64,000 bases of DNA from Candidatus Omnitrophota bacterium (GTDB taxonomy: Bacteria; Omnitrophota; Gorgyraeia; B26-G9), in contig JAZDHZ010000007.1 of NCBI GenBank assembly GCA_043805415.1, forward strand, positions 29,786 to 93,785. The letters are read 5' to 3'. Both the position numbers and the translations under genes were made by a program. This document shows, in pieces, positions 18,476 to 28,727 of this stretch. The notes under the pieces were generated by a model. The model saw only the letters and a list, made by a program, of their open reading frames with translations. It ran no database searches and was not told where the DNA came from. Numbering within the stretch: position 1 is the stretch's first letter; each line of letters begins with the position of its first letter.

Positions 18476-20041
18476 TTATGAATCATACCAATCCGGCTTT
18501 CTCTCGTGCATAAAACCAGTCAGGCCTTCACCTTTTCTTCGGTTAAGAATAGTATCGATGATATCCAACGACATCATCCTCATCGTATTCAGAAAAAACC
18601 ATTGATACAGTTTTCGTTTATGCCGATGCCGGGAAAAGAGCCCGCGAATTAACCAATGCGGACGGTACAGGACATACCGCTTGTTGAGTTCCATATTCAG
18701 GGCAGCAAAGTCATTGCGGGAAAGCCCCGCGCGTGAACGCATTAAAGGCGTTGTCCAATCATATTTTTTAAAATCTTTTTCTTCCAAAAGATCTTCCCGG
18801 CAAACTTCCTGATAAAAATAAGTCCCGGGGATCGGCGTTACCGGGTGAAAAGCCGGATAATCGATATCCAACTCCACAGCATACTTTACCAGTTCCAGCA
18901 TCGATTCCCTAGTATCCCACGGCAAACAGGTTAAAAAAGTACCTTGTCTAAAAACCTGGGGATATTTTTTTTTAAAAATATGGAAAACTTCTTTTACCAA
19001 ATCCTGGGAATACCCCGATTTGCGAATTGCTTCGAGGTCCTGTACACAACAGCGTTCGACTCCGATCAACGGATGAATCAGGCCAGCCTTAACCATCTTT
19101 TCAAGGATACCTTTTTTCTCGTCACGCAAAAGATAATCCGCCCTCAGAAACGCCCACCAATTCAAATCGCGGTAACGTCTCTTTAAAAGTTTTTCGCAAA
19201 ATTCATCATTCCAAGCCGGATCGACATTAAAGGTAGGGTCAGCCCAGAAAATATAGCGCACATTGTATTTTTTGTAGACAATATCAATTTCCTCGAGTGT
19301 CCTATCGACGCTCTTCGTCCGATATTGCGGAACAACCTCCAATTCCCCTTTTTCTATATCCGTTTTTACCTGTTTGCCCCAGAAAGTCCACAGGGAACAA
19401 AAACTGCAGCGATCGACACATCCCCGGGAATGTTCCAATGTAGCGCTTTGCGGCCATAAATAGCCATAAGGGGAATACTTATTCATGGGGAGCAGGTCAA
19501 AGGCCGGTAAGGGCAGTGCGTCCAAATCCTTGATTAAGGGACGCAAAGGGGTGCTGATAACCTGTCCATCACGCAGATAAGCGATACCGCTAACACGGGA
19601 CGGGTCTTCTCCTTTGAGCAAAACGCGCAACAGCTCCACCATGGTCTGTTCTCCTTCGAACCGCACGATAAAATCCAAAGGAAATTTGTTAAGACAACTC
19701 TCCGGCATCCAAGAAAAGAAATATCCCCCTGCGATCGTGATCGTTGCGGGATTGATCTCTTTAGCCAGTTCAAAAAGCTTGCCAGCTTCATGATGGTACA
19801 GCGCTTCCTCTCCCGCTCCAATGAAATCTGGACGTTCCTGCTCCAAAATAGTTTTAAGACTTTTCCATCCTATCTTTAAAGGAGCACAATCGATTATTTT
19901 TATTTCGATATCCGGGATATTGGCTCTAATATTAGCGGCTATGCAAGGAAGCCCGAGGGGAAGGAGAAAATTATCAGATTCATTGACAAAAGGCCAAATA
20001 TATCTGGGGGGTCGGATTAAAATTATCTTTTTCCGTGCCAT
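18476..20041 (-). CDS. cobalamin-binding-domain radical SAM protein (class B)
   Basis: N-terminal B12-binding domain, then CVDRCSFCSL. It is a paralog of 16391..17968. Confidence 0.85.
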   Translation of the reverse strand: MARKKIILIRPPRYIWPFVNESDNFLLPLGLPCIAANIRANIPDIEIKIIDCAPLKIGWKSLKTILEQERPDFIGAGEEALYHHEAGKLFELAKEINPATITIAGGYFFSWMPESCLNKFPLDFIVRFEGEQTMVELLRVLLKGEDPSRVSGIAYLRDGQVISTPLRPLIKDLDALPLPAFDLLPMNKYSPYGYLWPQSATLEHSRGCVDRCSFCSLWTFWGKQVKTDIEKGELEVVPQYRTKSVDRTLEEIDIVYKKYNVRYIFWADPTFNVDPAWNDEFCEKLLKRRYRDLNWWAFLRADYLLRDEKKGILEKMVKAGLIHPLIGVERCCVQDLEAIRKSGYSQDLVKEVFHIFKKKYPQVFRQGTFLTCLPWDTRESMLELVKYAVELDIDYPAFHPVTPIPGTYFYQEVCREDLLEEKDFKKYDWTTPLMRSRAGLSRNDFAALNMELNKRYVLYRPHWLIRGLFSRHRHKRKLYQWFFLNTMRMMSLDIIDTILNRRKGEGLTGFMHERKPDWYDS

Positions 20042-20265
20042 GCTGTTCTACCTCACAATACCCGATTAGAGGGAGCGACCATGCTGAGATTTTTATTCAT
20101 CTTAACTATCGTCATCCCATCGACTAACGTCATAAAAACACTTATGCTAAAACATCTTTCAAGACACGCAATTATAGTGCTGAGTTGGCATTATAGCATA
20201 GCCCTCTTAATAAAGCAAGCCGGCAAACAGCCTCTCTATTTTTTGCTTCATTTCTTTGCAGCGAT

Positions 20266-21465
20266 TCAGGCAAGAGAGCATACAATCTTATTTTTCCTGC
20301 AAAAACGTATCGCTTCCTGTAAGCGACCGTGAATTACCGCGGGACTCACTACATTATCAAGTACTTCGGTATCCCGAATATGCTGGTTAATGCTGTAGCC
20401 GTGAATATGAACCAGTCCGGGACGGATATCCCGCAGCAGTGCAAGCGTTTGGCGGAAATCATCCGCTGTTTCCGTAGAAAAGCCAACCAATATATGCGTA
20501 TTGATCTGCAATTCAGACCAGGCGCTCTTTAGTTTTTTCCAAGCATCTTTTAACTCAGCCTTTGTGTGCCGGCGATTCATAAAACCCAGCATCCGGTCAC
20601 TGCCTGACTGCACAGGACAATGCAGCACACTTATTTTCCCGGATCTAATTAACAAAGCCAATTCATCGGCATAACGGATCAGCCATACCGGGTGCAAATC
20701 CTCTATTTCTATACGAAAGTCTCCTTCAACTGATAAAATAGCTTTAAGCAATTCCGGTAAGCTGCTGTTTATATCTAATCCATACGCGCCTGAATTATTA
20801 GCGGTCAGGACTATTGTCTTTATTCCTTTTTTAACAGCGAGTTGTAACTCATTAAGGCAAATGGAAATATGCTTGCTGCGCAAAGCACCGATCGCTTGCC
20901 AGATCACACAAAAGCGGCAATGTTCTTTTTCACAGCCTGAAGCAATTCTAATATAACAATAATTACGAACATCTCTTCTGCGAAAATAGAATAACACTCG
21001 CTTGATAAAATTAAGATCAAAGCGAAAGACAAATAAATTTTCCTTTAAAAACCGCAATAGGTTAAAGCGGTAAATATTATTGCCATCTTTTACCGCGCTA
21101 AATCCAACCTTAAACTCAGGAAATAAAATATCAATATCATTATGATCAGCAGTCACAAGACTTAATCCTTTAAAATTTTCGTCCAGCCGCTTTTTATTTA
21201 TCCCCTTTAAGCATCCCGCAACAATAAGCCGCCCGCGATATTTGTCCAGTTCTTTTATCCGCTTTATTGCCCTATCTTCCCGGTCCTGGCTAAAAGCACA
21301 GGATATATAAAGAATATGCTCGGCCAATCCAGGCGATTTAATTACCCTGCATCCGTTTTGCATAAAATAATGTTCAAAGCGGGTAGCATCGATCCCTCGA
21401 TTAGGGCAGCCGGAATATTCGATATAAACTTTAGTTTTTCTAGGCAGTACCATATTCATGCTCAC
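20266..21465 (-). CDS. MiaB/RimO-family methylthiotransferase-like radical SAM protein (no TRAM domain; non-canonical CX4CX2C)
   Basis: The N-terminal MTTase domain has three Cys (SGCPNRG, ISCAF, AGCLKG). The rSAM motif is GCEKEHCRFC, aligned to MiaB GCNKYCTFC with a one-residue insertion. Confidence 0.65.
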   Translation of the reverse strand: MSMNMVLPRKTKVYIEYSGCPNRGIDATRFEHYFMQNGCRVIKSPGLAEHILYISCAFSQDREDRAIKRIKELDKYRGRLIVAGCLKGINKKRLDENFKGLSLVTADHNDIDILFPEFKVGFSAVKDGNNIYRFNLLRFLKENLFVFRFDLNFIKRVLFYFRRRDVRNYCYIRIASGCEKEHCRFCVIWQAIGALRSKHISICLNELQLAVKKGIKTIVLTANNSGAYGLDINSSLPELLKAILSVEGDFRIEIEDLHPVWLIRYADELALLIRSGKISVLHCPVQSGSDRMLGFMNRRHTKAELKDAWKKLKSAWSELQINTHILVGFSTETADDFRQTLALLRDIRPGLVHIHGYSINQHIRDTEVLDNVVSPAVIHGRLQEAIRFCRKNKIVCSLA

Positions 21466-22613
21466 TGGAGAATTTTACCAAAACAGATACTTTTATACAA
21501 AGCCTCTAGCTGAACCCTTGGATCAGACATGAGATATTTAGGATCCCGATAGCAGCCAAATAAGCAGCCGCTACAATTGGTTCTTATCTTACGGCATTTA
21601 TTTTTAAATTCTACACTTTTAAAAACACGCATAAAATCACGGCTCTTACAATCTGCCACCGGAGTCTCATAAGCACGCATAATCGTATCACAACAGGGCG
21701 CCATAACCCCTGTAGGCGCGATGTCAAAAGAAAGTATTCCGGCAGCGCATGGCCAGCCGCATTGACCGCTTGTGAGATAATTTTGCAGATCATCTATCAT
21801 CCGCTTTGTCGTAAGGATGCGATAACCTCTATCCATGAACTTGCGTACTTTTTTACATACCGCTTCAGCTGCTTTCTTTTCCAATCTGAGCAAACTGAAT
21901 TCATTATCAATCTCTGCCGGATTTTCAGAAGATAAACTGGAGAAATTACGCACAAAAATACAAGGATCAAAAAACGCGCCCATTGCTTGCACATATTCTA
22001 TTAAATCCGGCAATTCAAAAAAATTCTTAGCCGAAATAACAACATTGACCGCGACCACTCCTTTTCGCGAGTAATTTTTTACGCAGTAGCGGATAACCCG
22101 TTGAGCATTACTAAGCACATTTTCAGCATTGCAGATGTCATCCTGCTTTTTAGGATCAAGCGTATCCAGCGAGATACTGATATCATTAAGCCCGGCTCGA
22201 TAACAACTGTCCAGCAATGCTTCACTCACATGCTCTCCGCCATTAGTCTGAATCCGCACAATAAACCCGTAGCGGCTGAAAAGTTCTATTATACTTAAAA
22301 TATCCTCACGCAATAAAGGCTCACCACCGGTAAGAATTACCTGAGAGGTTCCGATTTTTTTTAGATTTTCCGCTACTACCGTCAATTCGCTTAACGACAT
22401 TTCAGGCGTGCCGATGACTTTATCTACAGAACACATTTTACAGTGATAATTGCACCGGCTGCTCAGCCACAAACGAACATTGAGCGGGGTGCCAAACAGC
22501 ATGCTTTTCAAAACTCCCTGTGCAAATCTAAACATAATCAGCCTTAGAAAAAAAGTTGAATATCCAAAATAATGATCTAAAATTAATATCCTAACCGATA
22601 AACGCTTTGTCAA
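21462..22613 (-). CDS. radical SAM/SPASM-domain protein
   Basis: CNYHCKMCSV is present. The C-terminal Cys cluster reads GQCGWPCAAG...APCCDT...CSGCLFGC. Confidence 0.8.
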   Translation of the reverse strand: MTKRLSVRILILDHYFGYSTFFLRLIMFRFAQGVLKSMLFGTPLNVRLWLSSRCNYHCKMCSVDKVIGTPEMSLSELTVVAENLKKIGTSQVILTGGEPLLREDILSIIELFSRYGFIVRIQTNGGEHVSEALLDSCYRAGLNDISISLDTLDPKKQDDICNAENVLSNAQRVIRYCVKNYSRKGVVAVNVVISAKNFFELPDLIEYVQAMGAFFDPCIFVRNFSSLSSENPAEIDNEFSLLRLEKKAAEAVCKKVRKFMDRGYRILTTKRMIDDLQNYLTSGQCGWPCAAGILSFDIAPTGVMAPCCDTIMRAYETPVADCKSRDFMRVFKSVEFKNKCRKIRTNCSGCLFGCYRDPKYLMSDPRVQLEALYKSICFGKILQ

Positions 22614-23550
22614 ACGCGGTCAAACATTCCTTATTAACCCGATTAAAAGGAGCCAGCCTGATCACATCTTGCCATATTTCATTCAAGGAATTATCATTAA
22701 TATTCCCCAGTTTTTTCCGCATAAAATCGCAGCCATACACATTCCCCGCGGGATCAATATAAAGCCGTTCACGTCCGGCAAGACATTTAACTGATCCATA
22801 ACTTGACTGTCCATCCCAACGCACTCCGGGCATCAAAACAAACCTAAAAAAAAGTTCCTTATCTTCCTGATTAAATAATACATCCTTACGCTCATTCCAC
22901 TTGCCCATCGCACGCGCGGGCAAAAGCTGTAAAGCTAGTTTTAGGTTTTGACAATACTTTATTTGCGCCGCCAGATCTCCATTGCGCAAATTTTCCCGAG
23001 TTACTACCATAGCGGCCATGACCTTTAAACCCGCCTGCCGCGCGGCGAAAATTCCCTTCCAGGCCTGCTTATGCGCGCCTTGCACTCCCCGGATAGAATC
23101 ATGTTCAGCAGGATTAGAACTGTCAATGCTGACAATCACAAGATCAAACCCGGCGTTTTTAAGTTTAATTGCTTGCTGTTCCAATAATAAACCGTTTGTG
23201 GCAAGACTAAGAATATTTAATTTTGGACTGACTACTGCTGCTAATTCATACAGATTTTCATAGAGTAAAGGCTCACCCCCGCTAAAATGAATATTAATCG
23301 CGCCGCAGCGCATAGCATCTTGGAAGACTTTGGCAACAAGCGTCAATGCTGTCTGAGTTTTTGAACGAGTATCCGCGGAGCAATGCTGGCAATGGCATTG
23401 ACAATCATAACCCAAAGCTATGGTAACAACACGAAGCCGCGGCTTTTGCATAAAAACATATCCGTAATTCTTAAGCAGTCTGAACCAGACTAGCGGCTTT
23501 GCCGGTAAAAACTGAATATTGCGTGAAAAAAAATCATATATTGAAAACAT
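22591..23550 (-). CDS. radical SAM/SPASM-domain protein
   Basis: CQCHCQHCS (CX3CX2C) is present. The SPASM-like C-terminus includes YGCDFMRKKLGNI. Confidence 0.8.
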   Translation of the reverse strand: MFSIYDFFSRNIQFLPAKPLVWFRLLKNYGYVFMQKPRLRVVTIALGYDCQCHCQHCSADTRSKTQTALTLVAKVFQDAMRCGAINIHFSGGEPLLYENLYELAAVVSPKLNILSLATNGLLLEQQAIKLKNAGFDLVIVSIDSSNPAEHDSIRGVQGAHKQAWKGIFAARQAGLKVMAAMVVTRENLRNGDLAAQIKYCQNLKLALQLLPARAMGKWNERKDVLFNQEDKELFFRFVLMPGVRWDGQSSYGSVKCLAGRERLYIDPAGNVYGCDFMRKKLGNINDNSLNEIWQDVIRLAPFNRVNKECLTAFDKAFIG

Positions 23551-23555
23551 AAAAT

Positions 23556-24782
23556 TTAGCGCCCTCGCGCAATGACCTCAGATACAATATGGCTATTCCC
23601 ATCTGCCTTTTTACGCCAGAATTCTGTGTTCACACCGAAAAACCCGTTAAGAATATCCCCAGGATATTTTTTCGTTTTTTGTCTGAGCAAAGATGTTCCC
23701 ATGCTTCTGGCCAAGCAGGAAATTAACTGACGATGCCAAAACCAGTTATCTCCCTCTATCCGGCCTAAAACACAAATATCACTGCCTGACTTTAGGTTAT
23801 TATAAATAAGCCGCGCATTATCCGCCAAGTATTGTCCGTCACCATCCATAACAATAAAATACACTGTGTTTACCAGTTTTATCGCCTCACAAACACTTAC
23901 GGTTAGTCCTTTAATTTTTTTATCTTTCCCATCCAGGAGTTTAATGTCACTGCATATGCTCTGGGTTGCCATAATAATCTCAGTAGTTTTATCATTGGAA
24001 CCATCCTCGACGCAGATGATGGTTGCCCCAGGATATTGTGATATAAGATTGTTAAGAACAGGTTTAAGCTTATCTTCCTCGTTGTTTAGGGGAATAATCA
24101 GGGTTAAATCTTTACAGCTTTTTTCCAGAGGTAAACATTGTTTATACGCAGTAATAAAAAGATGGAAATTGAAAAAAGAAAAATCAGTCCATATTTTAAA
24201 ACCATTAATTTTAACTATACTCCGAAGTGATTTAGGAGAGAAATGCTGAATATGACCGCATTGTTTTTTATAGTATGCTGAACCGCAAAAATAGCTCTGA
24301 TATAATACCTGGAGAGAGAAAAACATCTTCCATAGACTAAACGGAGTATCATGCGGTACAGAAAGCACAATCACTCCCCCTGGCTTTAATATCCGATACA
24401 TCTCTGCTAATACCAGATCTATATCCGCTATATGCTCAAGCGTTTCCGTAGAAACAATAATATCGCATGAGTTATCGGCTAAACCGCTATTAGCGATATC
24501 CGCGACGCTGAAATCAGTCAGCCTGCCTTGATTCTTGCCGTGGATCAAAGAATTCTCGTTCAGATCGACCCCGATTACCGGCAAACGATCCGGATTCCAA
24601 CAGCAGCTGGCTGAGCCAAAATCAGCAATAACTTTACCCGGCCGATAAAAGCCCTTAACTAATGAACGGATAATCCGATAACGGTTCCCATGAAGCCACC
24701 GCCTAAACGGATTACTACTTTTCACCTGATCATCGTAAAAAGTATTTTTTATTGTACTATAAAATTTCTTTGTATCAAGCAT
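23556..24782 (-). CDS. fusion: class I SAM-dependent methyltransferase + GT2 (Dpm1/ArnC-like polyprenol-phosphate glycosyltransferase-type) domain
   Basis: The N-terminal part (VIADFGSASCCW...LKPGGVIVLSVP) is a Rossmann MTase. The C-terminal part (LTLIIPLNNEED...CVEDGSNDKT...IVMDGDGQY) has the GT2 DxD, DGDGQ ~ DADLQ. Confidence 0.7.
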   Translation of the reverse strand: MLDTKKFYSTIKNTFYDDQVKSSNPFRRWLHGNRYRIIRSLVKGFYRPGKVIADFGSASCCWNPDRLPVIGVDLNENSLIHGKNQGRLTDFSVADIANSGLADNSCDIIVSTETLEHIADIDLVLAEMYRILKPGGVIVLSVPHDTPFSLWKMFFSLQVLYQSYFCGSAYYKKQCGHIQHFSPKSLRSIVKINGFKIWTDFSFFNFHLFITAYKQCLPLEKSCKDLTLIIPLNNEEDKLKPVLNNLISQYPGATIICVEDGSNDKTTEIIMATQSICSDIKLLDGKDKKIKGLTVSVCEAIKLVNTVYFIVMDGDGQYLADNARLIYNNLKSGSDICVLGRIEGDNWFWHRQLISCLARSMGTSLLRQKTKKYPGDILNGFFGVNTEFWRKKADGNSHIVSEVIARGR

Positions 24783-24812
24783 ATTCTTATTTTTTTAAGG
24801 GATTAAGTTGTA

Positions 24813-26735
24813 TTATTTTAGCACGAAATGCTGTTGCATGCCATCTTTCATAAAATTATCATGCCAAATAAAAAAACTCAACAGTGCCCAGATCTTTAAA
24901 CTATTGTCCTTTTTCAAAGCAAAATGATCATTCAATATACTTTTTATATAATTTTCATTAAAAACTCCAACGTCCTTTATTTTTTTTGAGCTGAGATGAT
25001 CAAGAATAAAATCCTTCAATTCATGCCTTATCCATTTAGATATCGGGACACTAAGACCTCTTTTTTTTCTATAAATAATATCTTTTGCTAATCTGCCTTC
25101 CATCGCTCTTTTTAGAATATATTTAGTTGTTAATCCCTTTAATTTCAATCTGTCCGGAATCGCAAAAATAAAATCCAACAAATCATTATCTAAAAAAGGA
25201 ACCCTTACCTCAAGCCCTGATGCCATACTCATCGAATCGATTCGCGCAAGCATAACATCCGGCAAAAGCTGTTTTATATCAGCCCTTAAAAATTCATTCA
25301 AAATAAATTTTTTATCCGCTTTGAAATCATCTGAATTTGGCTCTAATCGCTTATTGAGAAAGCGCTGAACATCTCCATTTAATATCCTTGTTCTTTCTTT
25401 ATGATAAAATGTTTCCCTCCAATAATCGTGCACAGCATTATTTCCGGCATAACTTGATGCTAATAAAAACCTTTTTATCTTATATCCCATATTTAAAGGA
25501 TATTCAAAAGCCGGAAGATTTTCTCCTAACGAGGTAAGCAAACTGTTACTTAAGCTATAAGGAAATATTCTTTTATAATAATAATATAATTTATCGGCAA
25601 TATATGTTTCATATCCTCCCAGCAGCTCATCTGCTCCTTCACCCGACAAAACCACATTAATCCCCGCTTTTTCTTTAATAAATCTACAGATATAATGTGT
25701 CGGCATTATAGCAGGATAAGCCTGCAAGCGATCTAAAGAACTCATGCTCTGGATAAGATCAGCAGCGGATATATTGAACTTTATAGTTTCAAGATCAAGA
25801 CCAAGATACCTAGATGTCTGCTCCGCGAAAGGGCGCTGGTCAAAAGAACTTTCTCCAAATCCAACACAAAAAGCCTTTACTGGGGTTTTACTTAAATGCG
25901 AGGCAAAATAAGCTATACTGCTAGAGTCTAGTCCCCCGCTCAAAAGAATTCCTGCCTGAGATTCTGCGGGAACCTGCCTTTTTACAGATTGCTCTAATAA
26001 ATATCTAAATTTATCTATCTGCTCGGTGTCTGACATAGTATTTTTTAAAAAATCAGCGTCAGGGATACTCCAATATTTTTTAGTAATAATCTCTTTTTCC
26101 TTTGAACATAAAATATACTGTCCTGGCTCTAATAGCTTAATATTATTAAACATTGTTCTTGGCGCACGCACATAGCTGTGGGCTAAAAAATCTGATAAGG
26201 CATCAATATCTATTTCTTTTTTATAATTAGGATCAAGTAAAATAGCCTTTATTTCCGAAGCAAATATTAAGCCCTCAACATCAATTGAATAAAAAAGCGG
26301 CTTAATCCCTATCCTATCCCTTGCCAGGAATAAGGATTTTTTATTTTTATCCCAAATCGCAAAAGAAAACATACCATTTAATTTGTTTAAGCAATCTATC
26401 CCAAATTCCTCATATAAATGAACTATGACCTCTGTATCTGTCTCTGTTTTAAAATTATGTTTTTTTGCCGATAACACATGTTTTAATTCTTTATAATTGT
26501 AGATTTCTCCGTTAAATACTATAGCAATATTCCTCTCTTCATTAAAAATAGGCTGAACGCCTTTAGGGCCTCCTGTTATATTAAGTCTTCTTGCCCCAAA
26601 GCCAATCTCCGCTTCTAGAAAAATACCGACATCATCAGGACCGCGATGCATTAAACTATAAGACATCCTCTCAAGAAGATCTCTGCTTAAAGGTTTACTG
26701 CTTAGATAATTATATTTTCCGAATATCCCGCACAT
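24813..26735 (-). CDS. asnB: asparagine synthetase (glutamine-hydrolysing)-family amidotransferase
   Basis: The N-terminal MCGIFG carries the Ntn Cys. The PP-loop SGGLDSS is present. The size (640 aa) is typical. Confidence 0.9.
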   Translation of the reverse strand: MCGIFGKYNYLSSKPLSRDLLERMSYSLMHRGPDDVGIFLEAEIGFGARRLNITGGPKGVQPIFNEERNIAIVFNGEIYNYKELKHVLSAKKHNFKTETDTEVIVHLYEEFGIDCLNKLNGMFSFAIWDKNKKSLFLARDRIGIKPLFYSIDVEGLIFASEIKAILLDPNYKKEIDIDALSDFLAHSYVRAPRTMFNNIKLLEPGQYILCSKEKEIITKKYWSIPDADFLKNTMSDTEQIDKFRYLLEQSVKRQVPAESQAGILLSGGLDSSSIAYFASHLSKTPVKAFCVGFGESSFDQRPFAEQTSRYLGLDLETIKFNISAADLIQSMSSLDRLQAYPAIMPTHYICRFIKEKAGINVVLSGEGADELLGGYETYIADKLYYYYKRIFPYSLSNSLLTSLGENLPAFEYPLNMGYKIKRFLLASSYAGNNAVHDYWRETFYHKERTRILNGDVQRFLNKRLEPNSDDFKADKKFILNEFLRADIKQLLPDVMLARIDSMSMASGLEVRVPFLDNDLLDFIFAIPDRLKLKGLTTKYILKRAMEGRLAKDIIYRKKRGLSVPISKWIRHELKDFILDHLSSKKIKDVGVFNENYIKSILNDHFALKKDNSLKIWALLSFFIWHDNFMKDGMQQHFVLK

Positions 26736-26748
26736 ATTATTTAATTGT

Positions 26749-27735
26749 TTAAAATTTCTTTAATCCGTTAAAAATAGCTCCGAGCTTAAGCGAATATATA
26801 AAATTAAGCTCTAAAGTAGTTGTGCATAGACAATGTCTGCAATTTACAGATACTACTTTCTTAAATTCTTCTTCTATGCTCGTTTGTGTAAAAGGCGACT
26901 TATTTGTTTTATCATGCGTCATTTGGCAAGGATATAAATAGCCATTGCTATTTATTCGCGCGTAGATTTTACCCGCGCAGCAAGTAATATTCCTGACATT
27001 AGGATAAGCATACATATATTTTAATGCTTCAATTGAATTTATAATGTTTTTATTTTTCTTTTTTTTATTTATTAAATATTTTAAAATCACTTTTTTTTGC
27101 GTATTAGAAAGCGCATATGAAGATATATCCTTATCCCCGGATAAAAACGCGTTAATGATTTGAAATTTTACCGGAACTTTTAATTCATTAGAAACTTTTA
27201 AAATATAGTCTACCTGATCCACATTCCCTGCATGTAAACTGCAATTTAAAGTCATTTTTATTCCATTACTCCTGGCAAGCTCTAAAGCTCTTAATACTTT
27301 CTTATGAGTCCCTTTACCCCTTAGGCTATCATGCGCGTTCTCATTACCATCAAAACTTATTTTAACCATGTCTGAGAGCTTTATAACATCAATTTTCTCT
27401 TCGAAAAGAACTCCGTTAGTAAGCACTACCGTACTAATACCCCTTTGCTTACATAGCGTTAATATCTGTCCCAGATCATCTCTTAAAAGAACCTCCCCCC
27501 CGCCAAAATGTATTCTTTTTGTTCCCAGAGCCCATAGCTGTTCTATTCCTTCGCAAACTTCCTTTGTTGAAAGCTCAATCAATGGCTCAATTTGAGGAAT
27601 CTTACAGTATTTACAATCTAAATTACAGCGATAAGTCAAATCCCATCCAACAAACAAAGGAATTCTACGGCGCAACAAAAATGCTTTAATGAATGAATAT
27701 ATTATCAAGATCCTTTTCGAAACTTTACTAAACAT
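26749..27735 (-). CDS. radical SAM/SPASM-domain protein
   Basis: CNLDCKYCK is present. C-terminal Cys motifs CCAGK...YPCQM...CRHCLC. Confidence 0.8.
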   Translation of the reverse strand: MFSKVSKRILIIYSFIKAFLLRRRIPLFVGWDLTYRCNLDCKYCKIPQIEPLIELSTKEVCEGIEQLWALGTKRIHFGGGEVLLRDDLGQILTLCKQRGISTVVLTNGVLFEEKIDVIKLSDMVKISFDGNENAHDSLRGKGTHKKVLRALELARSNGIKMTLNCSLHAGNVDQVDYILKVSNELKVPVKFQIINAFLSGDKDISSYALSNTQKKVILKYLINKKKKNKNIINSIEALKYMYAYPNVRNITCCAGKIYARINSNGYLYPCQMTHDKTNKSPFTQTSIEEEFKKVVSVNCRHCLCTTTLELNFIYSLKLGAIFNGLKKF

Positions 27736-27743
27736 AAGCTTTT

Positions 27744-28727
27744 TCAGGTTATGATCTTTTCTATTGAAGCCAAGACCTTTGTTTTAAATGACATTAAATA
27801 ATTAAGCTCTAATGATCCGCAAAAACCGCATCCGTTACAATGCACTTCCGGCAATCTAGCCAGTGCTTCTTTTACGCTCAAGCTTGTAATATTAGGCAAT
27901 TCTCTATCATAGCTAATTCTATCACAGGCACACATTTGGCCATCCGGATTTATAATGCAAAAAATCCATCCAGCATAGCATTTTAGCTTTTTGTATTTCG
28001 GACAGTTATATACATGCCTCAGCCCCAACAGGGAGTTTCGGATATTTTTATTACCGGATAGTTTTTTAGATATAAGCCCATCAATCGCTTTTTTAAAATA
28101 GCCCTCATCAGGAATAAGCTCATCTATATTTTCTAAGCCTCGGTATAATTTTTTAAGCGGCTGAAAAGCAACAATAGTATTATAATACTTTGCTATTTTA
28201 AGAATTTCATCCAACTTATCAATATTGTACTTAGTCAGAGTAGTAGTAAACCCAAACTTTATGCCTTCGGTTACACAAGCATCCGCAGCCTGCATAACCT
28301 TACGATATGAGCCATTACCTCTTAAAAAATCATGGCTATCTTCAGGCCCATCCAGGCTAAGCTTAATGAAATCAAGATATTTAAGTAATTTTATTTTTTC
28401 TTTTACCATAACTCCATTGCTATTCATTTCGGAGTATATCTTCCTCAGACTCGTATGTTTTAATATTTTCTCAAAATCATCTCGCAGCAATACATCTCCC
28501 CCGCTATAAGATATTCTTTTTGTTCCCAGCTTAGCCAGGGCATCGATACCTTTGGCTACAGTATCAAAATCAAGTTCATCACAGTGAGTTTTCCATACAT
28601 TGCAGTAGCGGCATCGCAATGTACAGCGATTTGTCAACTGCCAGCGCACAGCTAAAGGAACGCGTTTCCTAAAAAACCGGCATTTCCCGATTGACCAGAG
28701 GCATAATATTTTATCTTTAGTTCTCAT
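27744..28727 (-). CDS. radical SAM/SPASM-domain protein (paralog of 26749..27735)
   Basis: CTLRCRYCN is present. C-terminal Cys motifs CYAG...CACD...CNGCGFCG. The start was trimmed to the internal Met (MRTKDK), which avoids a 53-nt overlap. The start is uncertain. Confidence 0.75.
   Translation of the reverse strand: MRTKDKILCLWSIGKCRFFRKRVPLAVRWQLTNRCTLRCRYCNVWKTHCDELDFDTVAKGIDALAKLGTKRISYSGGDVLLRDDFEKILKHTSLRKIYSEMNSNGVMVKEKIKLLKYLDFIKLSLDGPEDSHDFLRGNGSYRKVMQAADACVTEGIKFGFTTTLTKYNIDKLDEILKIAKYYNTIVAFQPLKKLYRGLENIDELIPDEGYFKKAIDGLISKKLSGNKNIRNSLLGLRHVYNCPKYKKLKCYAGWIFCIINPDGQMCACDRISYDRELPNITSLSVKEALARLPEVHCNGCGFCGSLELNYLMSFKTKVLASIEKIIT

Noticed and set aside
20042-20265. 83-aa plus-strand ORF (20081..20332) between two rSAM genes
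   Set aside because: It overlaps the 3' end of the 20266..21465 gene on the opposite strand and lies in its neighbour's promoter region. Its hydrophobic low-complexity sequence is unconvincing.
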